Positions 39,538 through 50,641 of a stretch of 64,000 bases of DNA are shown in pieces. The notes below the pieces were generated by a model. It saw nothing but the letters and a program-made list of their open reading frames with translations, did no database searches and had not been told where the DNA came from. The translations under genes and the position numbers were made by a program. This DNA comes from Torpedo marmorata (lineage: Eukaryota): the NCBI GenBank assembly GCA_977017645.1, contig OZ360220.1, positions 297,972,001-298,036,000 of the forward strand, read 5' to 3'. Position 1 is the first letter of the stretch; each line of letters opens with the position of its first letter.

Positions 39538-39739
39538 TAAAGGTAAAGGTTCCATTATTGTCACGTAATACTACATTTTGAATGTAACATACATGAAATT
39601 CTTTAACTTTGTCTCCCGTAAGGAAGACAGAGAGTCGCTACTTTGTCCAGTGCCCCTCACAGAAATGAGGCCCCAGCAAGGAACGAACTCGCAACCCCTG
39701 GTTTACAAGACCAGGGCTCTAACCACTGAGCTATGAGCT
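39538..39739 (-). mobile_element. SINE with near-intact tRNA-Thr(TGT) head and Rex1-like tail
   Basis: The head 39739-39668 is tRNA-like; the body ends GTGACAATAATGGAACCTTTACCTTTA; the body recurs at 60886-61018. Confidence 0.75.
39668..39739 (-). pseudogene. tRNA-Thr(TGT)-derived sequence (SINE head)
   Basis: AGCTCATAGCTCAGTGGTTAGAGCCCTGGTCT-TGT-AAACCAGGGGTTGCGAGTTCGTTCCTTGCTGGGGCCT; intact D and anticodon arms, damaged acceptor stem and T-loop. Confidence 0.8.
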
Positions 39740-39983
39740 GTGTGTGAAAAATGTACCCATCACAGCCCTTTTAACCCTACTCCCTCTCACCTTTAACCTG
39801 TGCTCTGTAGTTTGAGACCCTTATCACAGGAAACAGATACTGGCTATCTACCCGATCTATGCCCCTCATAATTTTATACACCTCTATCATATCACCTTTC
39901 AGCCTCCTTCGATCCAGGGCAAACAAACCTAACCTGTCCAATCTCTAACTCAAGCCCTCCAATCCAGGCAACACCCTTGCAAA

Positions 39984-40192
39984 AGTAAATCACAAAAATC
40001 TGTAGACACCGTGGTTGAAGTAAAAAAACACAAAATGCTGGAAAAGTTCAGCAGGTCAAACAGTGTCCTTTATGTAGCAAAGGTAGAAATACAACCAACG
40101 TTTCGGGCCTGAGCCCTTCGGCTTTGCTACCTTTGCTACATAAAGGACACTGTTTGACCTGCTGAACTTTTCCAGCATTTTGTGTTTTTTAC
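39984..40192. mobile_element. PLE-derived fold-back mini-element with partial hammerhead in the loop
   Basis: Inverted arms ~40020-40086 and 40127-40192; candidate TSD ACCCT(T/C)GCAAA at 39973-39983 and 40196-40206. Confidence 0.8.
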
Positions 40193-41949
40193 AAAACCCT
40201 CGCAAACCTTTTCTGTTTCTCTCTATCATAATCATGTGATGTGGTCCCCTTTATTTGACAATGCATTTAGTGTAACCTGGTGTAATTTCAGATTAGGGAA
40301 AAACTGCATCCTCCCATTTGTTTTTTTGAAGCTAGTGGCTATAAATGTATGGGTTGAGAAAATGAGGTTTTCCTTTAAAACATGGCTCATGACCCAAATC
40401 TAGAAAGGGCTTTGAGAAATAAGCTCCAGCTCCCTTACACATCACTCCACCTCAGATGCACCTTGCCCTTTAGTGTAAATAAGACCCCTCCCACCCACTT
40501 TGACCTTCCTTCCACAGTCCAATCACACAAACCTCTGCCCACCAAATATCAAATCCCATGGGTGGAGGGAGGGAAACTTGGGATTTGGAATTCCCCCTTT
40601 CTGGGTCACTTGCCCTCAACAAGACGTTAGGGAAACTTTGTTGCCAAGCCAGTCTGCAGCTATTGGTCACAGCAATTCTGAAACTGGAGTGGATTTTAGG
40701 AGTTAGCATTTTGCGCTCTACCATACTTAACAGCAGTTGTGTTTATGATTACAGTTGATTACTTATGACGGCTGCAAAAGCAGCCCCATGAAAATATTAT
40801 CCAAGACGCCCATTTGTGAAGTTAAGGCCTGCTGCCTTGTGTCATTACCCATAATTCTATAATGTTTACAGACAATACTGTATACATTTGCATGAGAGTG
40901 TTAAGAAACTGCCGAGGAAGATTGCATAACGTAAAATTGTGCAAGGAGATTGCATATCTGTCATCGTGCACAACCAGGTCTGCTCTCCTCTCTGGCTGAT
41001 CTTCCTTATACAGCTATTGTCGTAAGTCAGGGAGAGGCTGTATTCCTCCCAATGACTTAGAATGCGAGGAAAGTCAGCATCCTCTAAAGCTGGTGAAAGC
41101 TTAACCTTGGTAGATGGCTGCCTTATGTCTCATATGATTGGTAGTTTTCAGAGTACCTCAGGATTTCCTTATAAAAGCACAGCATTGCTGGAAGTACTGT
41201 AATTGTGCTGCCCAAACTGTCCAAATCTTTTAGGCAGGGAAACATCAGCTATTACTCAGCAGCAAACTACCTTGAGTACAAAGGCTGATTAGTAAGCCCT
41301 TGTAATGCGAAGGACAAAAGCTTATCTGTTCCAGTAACATGTTGTAGTAGAGTGGAGGGCAACCGCACAAGGAGAAAGAGAAGGAAACACTATGCTCTGG
41401 AGCATGTTGTGCCGTAAATTGTGGGGCTGACTCCACCATTTGTCTTTTGTGAAGGGGTAGATAAATGATGCTGGGTTATTACTGACTGTCTCGTGACTTG
41501 CTGCTGTTTGTGCTGCAAAATGGAAAAGGAAGATTTAAGAATAATCTAACACTGTAAACACTGGTTCTGACACTGTTAACATTTAGATATGAATGAAATG
41601 GACTCCAGGGTTTAGCAAATTAAAATAAAAGATGTTCAATTTGCCACAAACTTTTTTTCATGTGCAATAAAAATCTTTTGAAAAATTACTGTCATTCAAA
41701 ACTATTTTCCCAATGAGCAGGCTCTGATTTAAAACCAGAATTGTACAGCATTTTGACATTCAAGAAATTTGTACGGTCTTCAATGGAAACAAGAATATTT
41801 CCACTCCACACGTCTGCAGGTTTTCATGGGAGCAACAATGAGAACCTGAAGCCTTCGCATGCATGTTGTACCGAGAGAGGGGTTGCAGTGTGATAACTAA
41901 ACAACATCCTCCAGAGCCCAGCATCACAGTGTATTAGCTGTGGCTTGGC

Positions 41950-42440
41950 TGAACTTCTACAGGTGTACCGTGGAGAGCATTCTAGCTGGTTGCATCACTG
42001 CCTGGTATGGTGGTGCCAACTCCCAGGACAAGAGCAAACTCCAGAAGGTTGTTACCTCGGCCTGTGACATCACGGGCACCAAACTTCACTCCATCGAGGA
42101 CATCTACATGAGGCGATGTCTTAATAAAGCAGCCTCTATCCTCAAGGACCCCCACCACCCAGGCCATGCCCTCTTCACGCTGCTTCCATCGGGGAAAAGG
42201 TACAGGAGCCTAAAGACGAGCACTCAACGGCACAAGGTCAGCTTCTTCCCTGCTGCCATCAGATTACTGAACAATCAATGAACCAAAGACACTAGTGCAC
42301 TATTGTTTATAATTTTTATATAGTAATGTCGTTAGAATGGTTAATATGAATGTTAATTGCACTATGATGCTGCCGCAAAGCACCGAATTTCATGACTTGT
42401 TCATGACAATAAATTCTGATTCTGATTCTGATTCTGATTC
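41950..42440 (+). mobile_element. Rex1/Babar LINE 3' end
   Basis: ORF 41940-42281 NFYRCTVESILAGCITAWYG..HPGHALFTLLPSGKRYRS..SFFPAAIRLLN; tail CATGACAATAAA(TTCTGA)n. Confidence 0.9.
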
Positions 42441-42868
42441 TAGTACTCCTACTGTGTTAGAACATTTGGAGTTTAACTCCTGTAGCTCGACCCCCAGCTA
42501 TAGAATAGACAACATTAAGCTGGAAAGGGTGCAGAAACTTCATACACCCACCTCTCCCACGTAGCATAGTTCCCTGTGGCTTAGAATATTGTCCAAAGCA
42601 AAATGCCTAGCTGGCATTTGAAGCAGGTTTGCTTTTATAAAGAAAATTATGAAGCGACTTAGTGCTTTACAGCCAACGGAGTGTAGTCAATGCTGCAATA
42701 TAGTCTGCATTAAGCAGCAGGAAATGTGTTGCTCTTTTGTACAGGGAATAGCAGTCATGAATGATAAAGAAAGGCTCGATAGTGTGGGATTTTCTCCCTG
42801 GGGTTTAGGAGGCTGAGAAATGGCAGGGGGAGAGGGGGTGGGGTGTCTCCCCTCTCTCTCTCTCAATT

Positions 42869-43230
42869 ATGGTTTTTACACAGTCGCTGCGTAACGGGAA
42901 ATTATTGCAAAATTTCCGCAACGCAGGCTGTGTAAAATGTTCGGAACGGAAATGATTTACTCATTCCCGTTCCGAAATTTTTCCTGCGGCAGCCCTAGAC
43001 ATAATTGCGGACTGCCTGCAGTCTAAACTGAACTGCAGGCGGTCCGCAACAATGGGCTAATGAATACGACGTCGACCCACGTCCAGGTACGTAAGTACCG
43101 CGCCTCAGGTACTTAAGTCTAAAAACGCGGCGATATCCATACAGAGGTCGTTCTGTGTGAACGGCCACTCCGCAAGGTAGGTGTGAAAATTGCCGACGGA
43201 AAAAAACCGTCGGTTATGTGTAAAAACCAT
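42869..43230. mobile_element. Harbinger-like MITE
   Basis: TIR ATGGTTTTTACACA / TGTGTAAAAACCAT; shares internal sequence with 53101-53579 in the opposite orientation; superfamily call is inferred. Confidence 0.65.
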
Positions 43231-44604
43231 ATCTCTCTCTTTCCCTACCCTCTGTCCCCTTTGCTCCAGCTCCCAACTCCCTTCTCCATTCAGAGAGCTA
43301 ACCCCTTCCCATATCACCACATTTTTTTCTCTTCTACCCTCCCACCCACATCCACCTATGACCTCTTGCCTGTGGGCCTGTGTTCCTCCCCTGCCCCTCC
43401 CCCCACTATTTTATTCAGGCGCCTGCCAGCTTGTTGCTCATACTGAAAAATGTTTTGGAACACTCTCAAGAGATTGCAAGAAATAAATGAATGTTTGTAT
43501 TTTGTTTACAACTAGGGCAAGGCTTTCACAATGTTAACGAGACAGCGTCAGGTCATAAGTTAAGTCCCAGGGCTCAATGTTTTTTGGTTCAGAATAGGAA
43601 ATATTAACTGGCAACTTTCCTGATCCTGATTGATATTCAATGTTTTTGCAAAAAAGTACATTGTGTGTTTACGTGGAGTCTGATGTCAACAGCTATCAAA
43701 TAGCCTGACAAAACAGTTGAATACCATTTACTTGAACTGAATAGCATGGGGCGATAACATCAGAGTGAAGTCCAGACCTTCACTGGAAAAGCAGCAAGAA
43801 AAGTAAGATCAAATCTCAACAAGTTCTCAAACACCCAAAGCAGTGACCTCTCATTTCTGGACAATACACCAGCTACTTATTTCACCAGAACTTCCCACTA
43901 TCCTCAGAAGTCTACAAATTTGCATTATTTAAATCCTTCCAGGACAGTCAACAAATCTATTTGAAAAGGACAGCTTTCACCAAGGTGCACACCCCTCCAT
44001 TACATATTTACATGATGTACACAACTGAAAAATTGCCACTAGCCACCAACACAACATTTGTTAGCTGTCAACCTTACCCATTTTTATCTGTTACCATCAA
44101 ATACTTGTTCTCATCTACAGGGAACATGATCCACTGAAACAAACTCCAGCACAAAAAGGAAAAATGTATGCCACCAGGGACTGTATGTTCCAATGCACCA
44201 AGATTTCGATCACTGTCACATCTCTGCAGCCTTTGTTCTGCTGCGTGATGTTTCGTATTGATCCAAAAAAAATCATTCCTGTCCTTAAAAAATAAAGTAC
44301 ATTCAAGCATCTTCACTGCTTAAAGCTAAAAGGTAAGTCTAAATAGATCACCAACACAATTCAAAAGTTCTTGGAAACCCTACAGCTCTCCCAATGCATG
44401 CACGTGCAGCCAATTATTTTGTGGGGTAGGGCTAAAGCGTAGAAAAATGTGCAGAAATTTACTGCATGTTCCACTAAGATCCAAGTTAAATCATTCCTTT
44501 CAGCTACAAGATATGCAAGGACAAACCTACAATCACAGCTCCAATTTACCTACAACTTGCGTGCCAGCACTCGAAATTAACTTTGGAAAGCTGATTAAGT
44601 AAAA

Positions 44605-45175
44605 TACAATGATGCAGTTGTGTAAGACGTTGGTGAGGCCCCTTTTGGAGTATTGTGTTCAATTCTGGTCACCGTCCTACAGGAAAGATGTTGTCGAGCT
44701 GGAAAGCGTAGAGAGAAGATTGACGAGGATGTTGCCAGAATTCGGGGGCCTGAGCTGTAGGGAGATGTGGAGCAGGCTAGAGCTTTATCGCTTGGAGCAC
44801 AGGAGGGTGAAGGGTGATCTCAAAGAGGGGATACAAAATCATGAGAGGAATAGATCGGGTGAATGCAGAGTCTTTTGCCCAGAGTAGGGGAAATCGTTAA
44901 CCAGAGGACATAAGTTTAAGGTGAGGGAGAAGTGATTTAACGAACCTGACGGGTAGCTTTTTTTTTTAAAAACAGAGTGATTGATGAGTGCAAGGAACGA
45001 GCTGCTGGAGGTGGTGGTTGAGTTGGTACAATTGCAACGTTCAACAAAAAAAAATTGGACGGATACATGGATAGGTTCAGAGGGATATGGGCCAAACGCA
45101 GGCAGGTGGGACTGGTCTGGGTGGGATATTTTAGTCGCATGGAAAAGTTGGGCCGTAGAGCCTATTTCCATGCTG
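44605..45175 (+). mobile_element. CR1 LINE 3' fragment
   Basis: KTLVRPLLEYCVQFWSPSYRKDVVELE; CR1 3' tail. Confidence 0.85.
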
Positions 45176-45266
45176 ACAAGAATATTTGAGAAAATGTCAA
45201 TATTATTTAATTTTAAGTTCAACTGTTTACATTATATAATACAATGATGTGTTCATTATTAATATA

Positions 45267-45569
45267 CAGGTGCTCCTCTACTTACGATGGGGTTACGTTC
45301 CGATAAACCCATCGTAAGTGGAAAAATCATGTCGAAAAAGAATGCCGCACCTACCGATCATCATAGCCTAGCCTCCCTTAAATGTGCTCAGACCACTTAC
45401 CATAGCCTACAGCTGGGCAAATTTATCTAAACAAAGCCTATTTTATAATTAAATGTTGAATACCTTTTATTCCACACTGAAAAAAAAAACAATTTTTAAT
45501 CATAAAATATAGCGCCAGCGTACCATCGAAAAACCATAAGTCGAGCCATCGTAGGTAGAGGAGCACCTG
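45267..45569. mobile_element. Tigger-like (pogo) MITE
   Basis: TIR CAGGTGCTCCTCTAC(T/C)TACGATGG, TA TSD. Confidence 0.88.
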
Positions 45570-46831
45570 TACAAGCTTCAATTTACATGGTTCTTTTTTA
45601 ATATTGTCCTAAAATGCTTCTTAGCCATAGATTCAATTTGTTTGCAAGTGTTTTTAGTTGTTCGGTTGGCTAACATGGTTGCCACTCCAAGGTCTCACAA
45701 ACACAAAATGAGTAAACAGATAAACTGGATGTTTCAAGCAGTTCTGTAAAGCTTCAGATACACAAGTTGTTTCAGTCAGTCAGGTCGCTATGAACGACCT
45801 CAGAATCGTTGAACTGGAACAAACACAATGGCCAGGGTTCCTGTTCCTAACAAGTTTACAGTGACCGACCTCTCACTGGAGATTCACTCTCACACAACCA
45901 CCAGCCAACCATGGAGTCAGGCTTGGCTGTGAAACCTTGCGCCCCCCCCCCCCCCACCCCATCCCCCACCCAAATGGATTGTACGCCAGATCTGAATCAT
46001 GAAGGGCTGCTGGAACATATGTCTTCATAAACATATGTCTTCATAATTAAACTGTGTTTAATCGTCAGACCATGGTAAGTAAGAGGAAAACAGAAGTGAG
46101 AGTAGAGAGATGATGATGGGTACAGATAGAGAAGTACACTTCTTGTATCATTCAGTTTGCAACCGTGCGTGACCTCTGAACTGTGCTAATCCAGCTCTCA
46201 ATAATTCAAGCAACGTGCTTGATTGCTCCTTTTTGAATTTTGGTCTGGAGATTTGGAAAAGGCTGTTGCGTCATTCAGACTTTGTGAATAATGCATAAAT
46301 CAAAATTCTCCAGATTCAGCAAATGTGAAATATATGCGTTATTGAAAGCATGGACTTCAGCTTCGAAAACAGAAATTGGGATGCCATAATCGTACTTTTC
46401 TCAAGGATTACAAACATTACAAATTCTTCATTGGCAAAAGTGGTCACTTTTCAGGGCAAATGAAAAATAAATTGTGAATACTTTCCCTTCCACTTGATTA
46501 ACACCCATTGATGCTACTTTGCCCATTAACAACCCCTTTTTGACAATTACCCTCAGACCAACCCCTGAAAATGCGGTTCAAACTACATCATCCTCTAAGC
46601 ATGCTGTCCAGGAAGAGGTATATTCTTAGAAAATACTAACGCTCAAATCATGTGGCTCTCGAACAAACTGAACCATGAGCAACACACAGTGCTGGAGAAC
46701 TCAGCGGGTCAGTCAGCATCCATGGAATAGCTTTAGCTAGGACATGATAAAATACAGGAACCTCATAAATAACAAGATGAAATACATGGTTTTTAAAACG
46801 ACGTTATATTACAAATCACCTCACAATAGTA

Positions 46832-47755
46832 CAGGTTGAACCTCTTTAATCCGGTGATGTCGGGACCTGGCCATTGCCGGACCACAGAAAATGCCGGAAA
46901 ACAGAAATTGACCCCTAAGGGAACCCCCTATGTAAACATATCAAAGGTAGAACAAAGCTTAAAACAGGAAATAATACTGTGGGGCATCACGGTTAGCGCA
47001 ACGCCTTTACAGCGCCAGTGATCGGGACATTAGTACAGTACATTTCCGATTATCTGAAAACCACTTTACCGAAATTCTCAGTTATCCGAAAAAAATTTTG
47101 GCGACGACATGACGTTACAAGTTGAAATTTCTTTTTTACCCGCCGTGCTCAAGTTGGACTCTGATGCGCTGTTAGCGCCATTTTGAATCCAACGGATCTC
47201 TCATGTACTCAAGTGTACTCAAGGTAAGAATTAAACTTTATTTCATACTTGAAAAACCTTCCCTTGTTCTTTGTTGTTGTTTTATGCTGGGATCGGAGTG
47301 GGGACCTCGGGTTCCCGGGCAGGTTCGGCAACGGCAGTGGAGAGGTGTCGGGGATCGGTGACGGTGGCAGGAGCAGGGACCTCGGGCTCCGGGGCAAGAT
47401 CGGCGACGGCGGTGGGGAGGTGTTTGGGATCGGAGCGGGGACCTCGGGCTCCCGGGCAGGTTCGGCGGCGGGGTGGTGTCGGGGATCAGCGAAGGCCGAT
47501 ACAATCTGCTGATGCTACTGGGCTGCTTAAAGCCATTTCTCAGTTATCCGAAAAATGCAGTTAACCTATACATGTCTGGTCCCGAGCTATTAGGATAATC
47601 GGAAACGTACTGTACAAACTCCTTACAGACAGAGCGGGACTCGAACCCCAATCACAATCGCTGGCGCTGTAAAGGTGGAATCGGCGGTAGATTCAAAACG
47701 TGCCGGACCACGGGAGTTGCCGGACCATTGAGCGCCGGATAATAGGTTTAACCTG
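46832..47755. mobile_element. Tc1/pogo-like MITE containing SINE-head fragments and a nested MITE
   Basis: TIR CAGGTT(G/A)AACCT..T.ATCCGG, TA TSD. Confidence 0.78.
47036..47612. mobile_element. Nested Tc1/pogo-like MITE with GC-rich minisatellite
   Basis: TIR CAGTAC(A/G)TTTCCGATTATC, TA TSD; GGGACCTCGGG.TCCCGGGCAGG repeats at ~47290-47490. Confidence 0.82.
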
Positions 47756-47964
47756 TATTTTGGTGTTGCTTCAAAACTTTGCAAAACACCTCATTAAAAT
47801 TAGGCCTCTGCCTCTGAATGAGTTTTGGTTTGATCTCAATTCAGTTCAAGGCCTTTTACCAACAGCCACTTTCTTTCATATCAAATTCAAAAAGCCTTTT
47901 GATTAATCCCATGAGCTGACATTTAAACTTTTCTTCAAGGACTTCCACTCCCTGTAAATCACAC

Positions 47965-48308
47965 GCACAAAAGAATAAACTCCAGAGAGTTGTTAACTTG
48001 GCCTCAGCCTCTGTCCTCAAAGACCGCCACCACCCAGGCCATGCCCTCTTCACTCTGCTACCATCGGGAAAAAGGTACAGGAGCCTAAAGACAAGCACTC
48101 AACGGCACAAGGACAGCTTCTTCTCCGCTGCCATCAGATTCCTGAATAATCAATGAACCAAAGACACTGCCTTACTTTTCGTGCACTATTATTTATATTT
48201 TTTTATAGTAATGTCGTAAGATGGTAATAATATGAATGTTTGCACTATGATGCTGCCGCAAAACACCGAATTTCATGACTTCTTCATGACAATAAATTCT
48301 GATTCTGA
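47965..48308 (+). mobile_element. Rex1/Babar LINE 3' end
   Basis: Near-identical to the 42020-42430 tail (CACCCAGGCCATGCCCTCTTCAC...CATGACAATAAATTCTGATTCTGA). Confidence 0.88.
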
Positions 48309-48829
48309 ATATCATATCCGATCAATATTAATGAGTGCCACTGTGTCCCTTGGAGGAGTGGGAACTGGTAGCATGCAGTGGTGGATTAACCATTAGGCTG
48401 AGTAGGCTGAAACCTAAGGGCCCGGAAGGTAAGGGGGCCCAAGCCGACGCATTATGGTCTGATTAAACTGACTTAACAAAAACAATGAGGTTCATTATTC
48501 TCCTTCATCCTTTGTGTTTGTTTGATCTCATTAAAAATTGCAGGTAGCCTCCCAGCAGATGAAAAGTTCTGGGTGAGTGAGTCAGCCGGGCAATTCTTTT
48601 CTGTTGTGCTAACGAAATCATCGAGGCGTCGAAACTATTTATAAAGTAGCAGAAATGGACCACATTGCTGCAGGTTGGAGAAGAGCGCGCATATATATAC
48701 AGGAGCATGGAGCGCCGTAGCCACAGCGCTGCAGGAACCCGGTGGGACATTTGCGGCCCTTCCTCCCCGCGTCTGCACCCGGGGCCGCGGTGGGTTTCCG
48801 CGGTTGCCCACCCGACCTGAGCGGCACGG

Positions 48830-49321
48830 CAACCTCTCCCTGCCCAGCAGGACGGGGGCTGGGGACCTCTCCCTGCCCAGCGGGACGGGCCGGCGACCTC
48901 TCCCTGCCCAGCGGGACAGGGCCGGGGGACGGCGACCTTTCCCTGCCCAGCGGGACGGGGGACGGGACCGGGCGACCTTTCCCAGCCCAGCGGGACGGGG
49001 ATGGCGACCTCTCCCTGCCCAGCGGGACAGGGCCGGGGGACGGCGACCTTTCCCTGCCCAGCGGGACGGGGGACGGGACCGGGCGACCTTTCCCTGCCCA
49101 GCGGGACGGGGATGGGGGACGGTGACCTCTCCCTGCCCAGCGGGACGGGGGGTCAGGCCCGACGACCTTTCCCTGCCCAGCGGGACGGGGGACGGCTACC
49201 TCTCCCTGCCCAGCGGGACGGGGGACGTCAACCTCTCCCTGCCCAGTGGGACGGGGGATGGCTATCTCTCCCTGCCCAGCGGGACGGGGGACGGCGACCT
49301 CTCCCTGCCCAGCGGGACGGG
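48830..49321. repeat. GC-rich minisatellite (~33-bp unit GACCTCTCCCTGCCCAGCGGGACGGGGGACGGC)
   Basis: Directly visible tandem array; explains the overlapping repetitive ORFs. Confidence 0.95.
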
Positions 49322-49682
49322 CCCACCGTTTTAACATTTCGTTGAAATTGGCAGGGTCAGCAAAAAAAGGTTGTACATTAAATTAATTGTTGGATTTATA
49401 TATTAAACTAAATCACTGATTTCTCTTCAAATAATACAACCAAAGGTGATAGCGATTGTTTGAACTTTAATATGTCTATGTTTTTAAGCATCGTTGTGCT
49501 GTTAATTTGCATAATCAAGTTTTATTAATAAATGAAAGCCTAATTCGTTCCTTCGCTGCAGGGATATTTAGTCGGTTATTATTCGTGCGACAGCTGTAGA
49601 AAACGTGTAATGTATAAATGGTTTTGAATGAAATCTCAGCAAAACAAAAGGGAGAAGCCGAACTCGCGTTTGTAAATTGAGT

Positions 49683-49862
49683 TGGAAAATCACAATGCTA
49701 GAGGATCTCAGCAGGTCTCGCAGCATCCGTTGGAGGTAAAGATGTATTACCGACGTTTCGGGCCTGAGCCCGTTTTTAAGGTATCTTTACCTCCTGTGGA
49801 CGCTACGAGACCGGCTGGGTTCCTCCAGCATTTCTGTGTTTTACCACAGTCACAGTGTCGGA
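49683..49862. mobile_element. PLE-derived fold-back mini-element with degenerate hammerhead (49745-49784, minus)
   Basis: Arms AATGCT.GAGG..CTCAGCAGGTCTCGCAGCATCC..GGAGGTAAAGAT / ATCTTTACCTCC..GGACGCTACGAGACC.GCTG.GTTCCTCCAGCATT; loop has GGGCTCAGGCCCGAAACGTC. Confidence 0.75.
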
Positions 49863-50239
49863 CGAAGGATGGGGGCCATGGGGCAAGGTCGGGGGGGGGC
49901 CTTACTAAAGTTCAGCCTAAGGCCCGGGTGGTAGTTAATCTGCCACTGGTAGCATGGCAAAAGCTCCCCCATCTCCAGTCTTCAGCAGTAGAAACCATGC
50001 CTGTTCTTTCTCCCAGCCTTCGACGCTGGTGTACATCAATGGTAAGTTCCTGCCATGTCATTAATGACAGGAGAACTGAAAAGCTTTATTGGAAGGAACA
50101 CACACACACGTTACTAGAAATATATACTGTGTTTCAAAAAAAAAGTTTTTTTTAATAAAGTTTAAAGGGTATTTATTGCAAAAACAACAAATGCAAACAC
50201 ACTGTGTTTTATATATGGTAACCTATGACCATGTCCTCC

Positions 50240-50374
50240 NNNNNNNNNNNNNNNNNNNNNNNNNNNNNNNNNNNNNNNNNNNNNNNNNNNNNNNNNNNNN
50301 NNNNNNNNNNNNNNNNNNNNNNNNNNNNNNNNNNNNNNNNNNNNNNNNNNNNNNNNNNNNNNNNNNNNNNNNNN
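50240..50374. other. Assembly gap
   Basis: Run of N. Confidence 1.
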
Positions 50375-50641
50375 ATTTTAAATCATTTTTATTCCTTTTT
50401 CATACATCAATTAAAGCTTTATCACTCTAAATAACAATCCAACAAACATATTTACTGTTTATTCTTTCTGATAAATATTACCTAACATGTCAATCTGACC
50501 TTATTACTTTAATACTTTTCACATCTGTGCTTAGTGAACATAACTTTTTCTCTGAGAAGTTAACAGTCAACACCACAAGGCTATTACCGTAGATCTTCAA
50601 CAACTTGTAAAAATGCCTTCCCACCATGCATCCTTCACAGG

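Larger units (their letters stand above)
39350..39983 (-). mobile_element. CR1 3' fragment hosting a tRNA-Thr SINE and followed by a PLE fold-back insertion
   Basis: CTATCTACCC.ATCTATGCCCCTCATAATTTTATACACCTCTATCA..TCACC, the reverse complement of the CR1 RGDLIEVYKIMRG region. Confidence 0.75.
48376..49948. mobile_element. Non-autonomous hAT transposon with perfect 8-bp TSD, GC-rich minisatellite and nested PLE fold-back
   Basis: TIR CAGTGG..GATTAAC / GTTAATCTGCCACTG; TSD GTAGCATG at 48368-48375 and 49949-49956. Confidence 0.9.

Noticed and set aside
39668-39739. Functional tRNA-Thr gene
   Set aside because: The acceptor stem 5' strand and T-loop are mutated, there is no nearby T4 terminator, and it is fused to a repeat body inside a CR1
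48830-49321. CRISPR-like regular array
   Set aside because: Tandem units without unique spacers, eukaryotic context, no cas genes
48639-49345. Multiple 110-230 aa repetitive ORFs (also 35349-35935 and 21739-22395)
   Set aside because: By-products of GC-rich minisatellites, (CA)n repeats and N gaps
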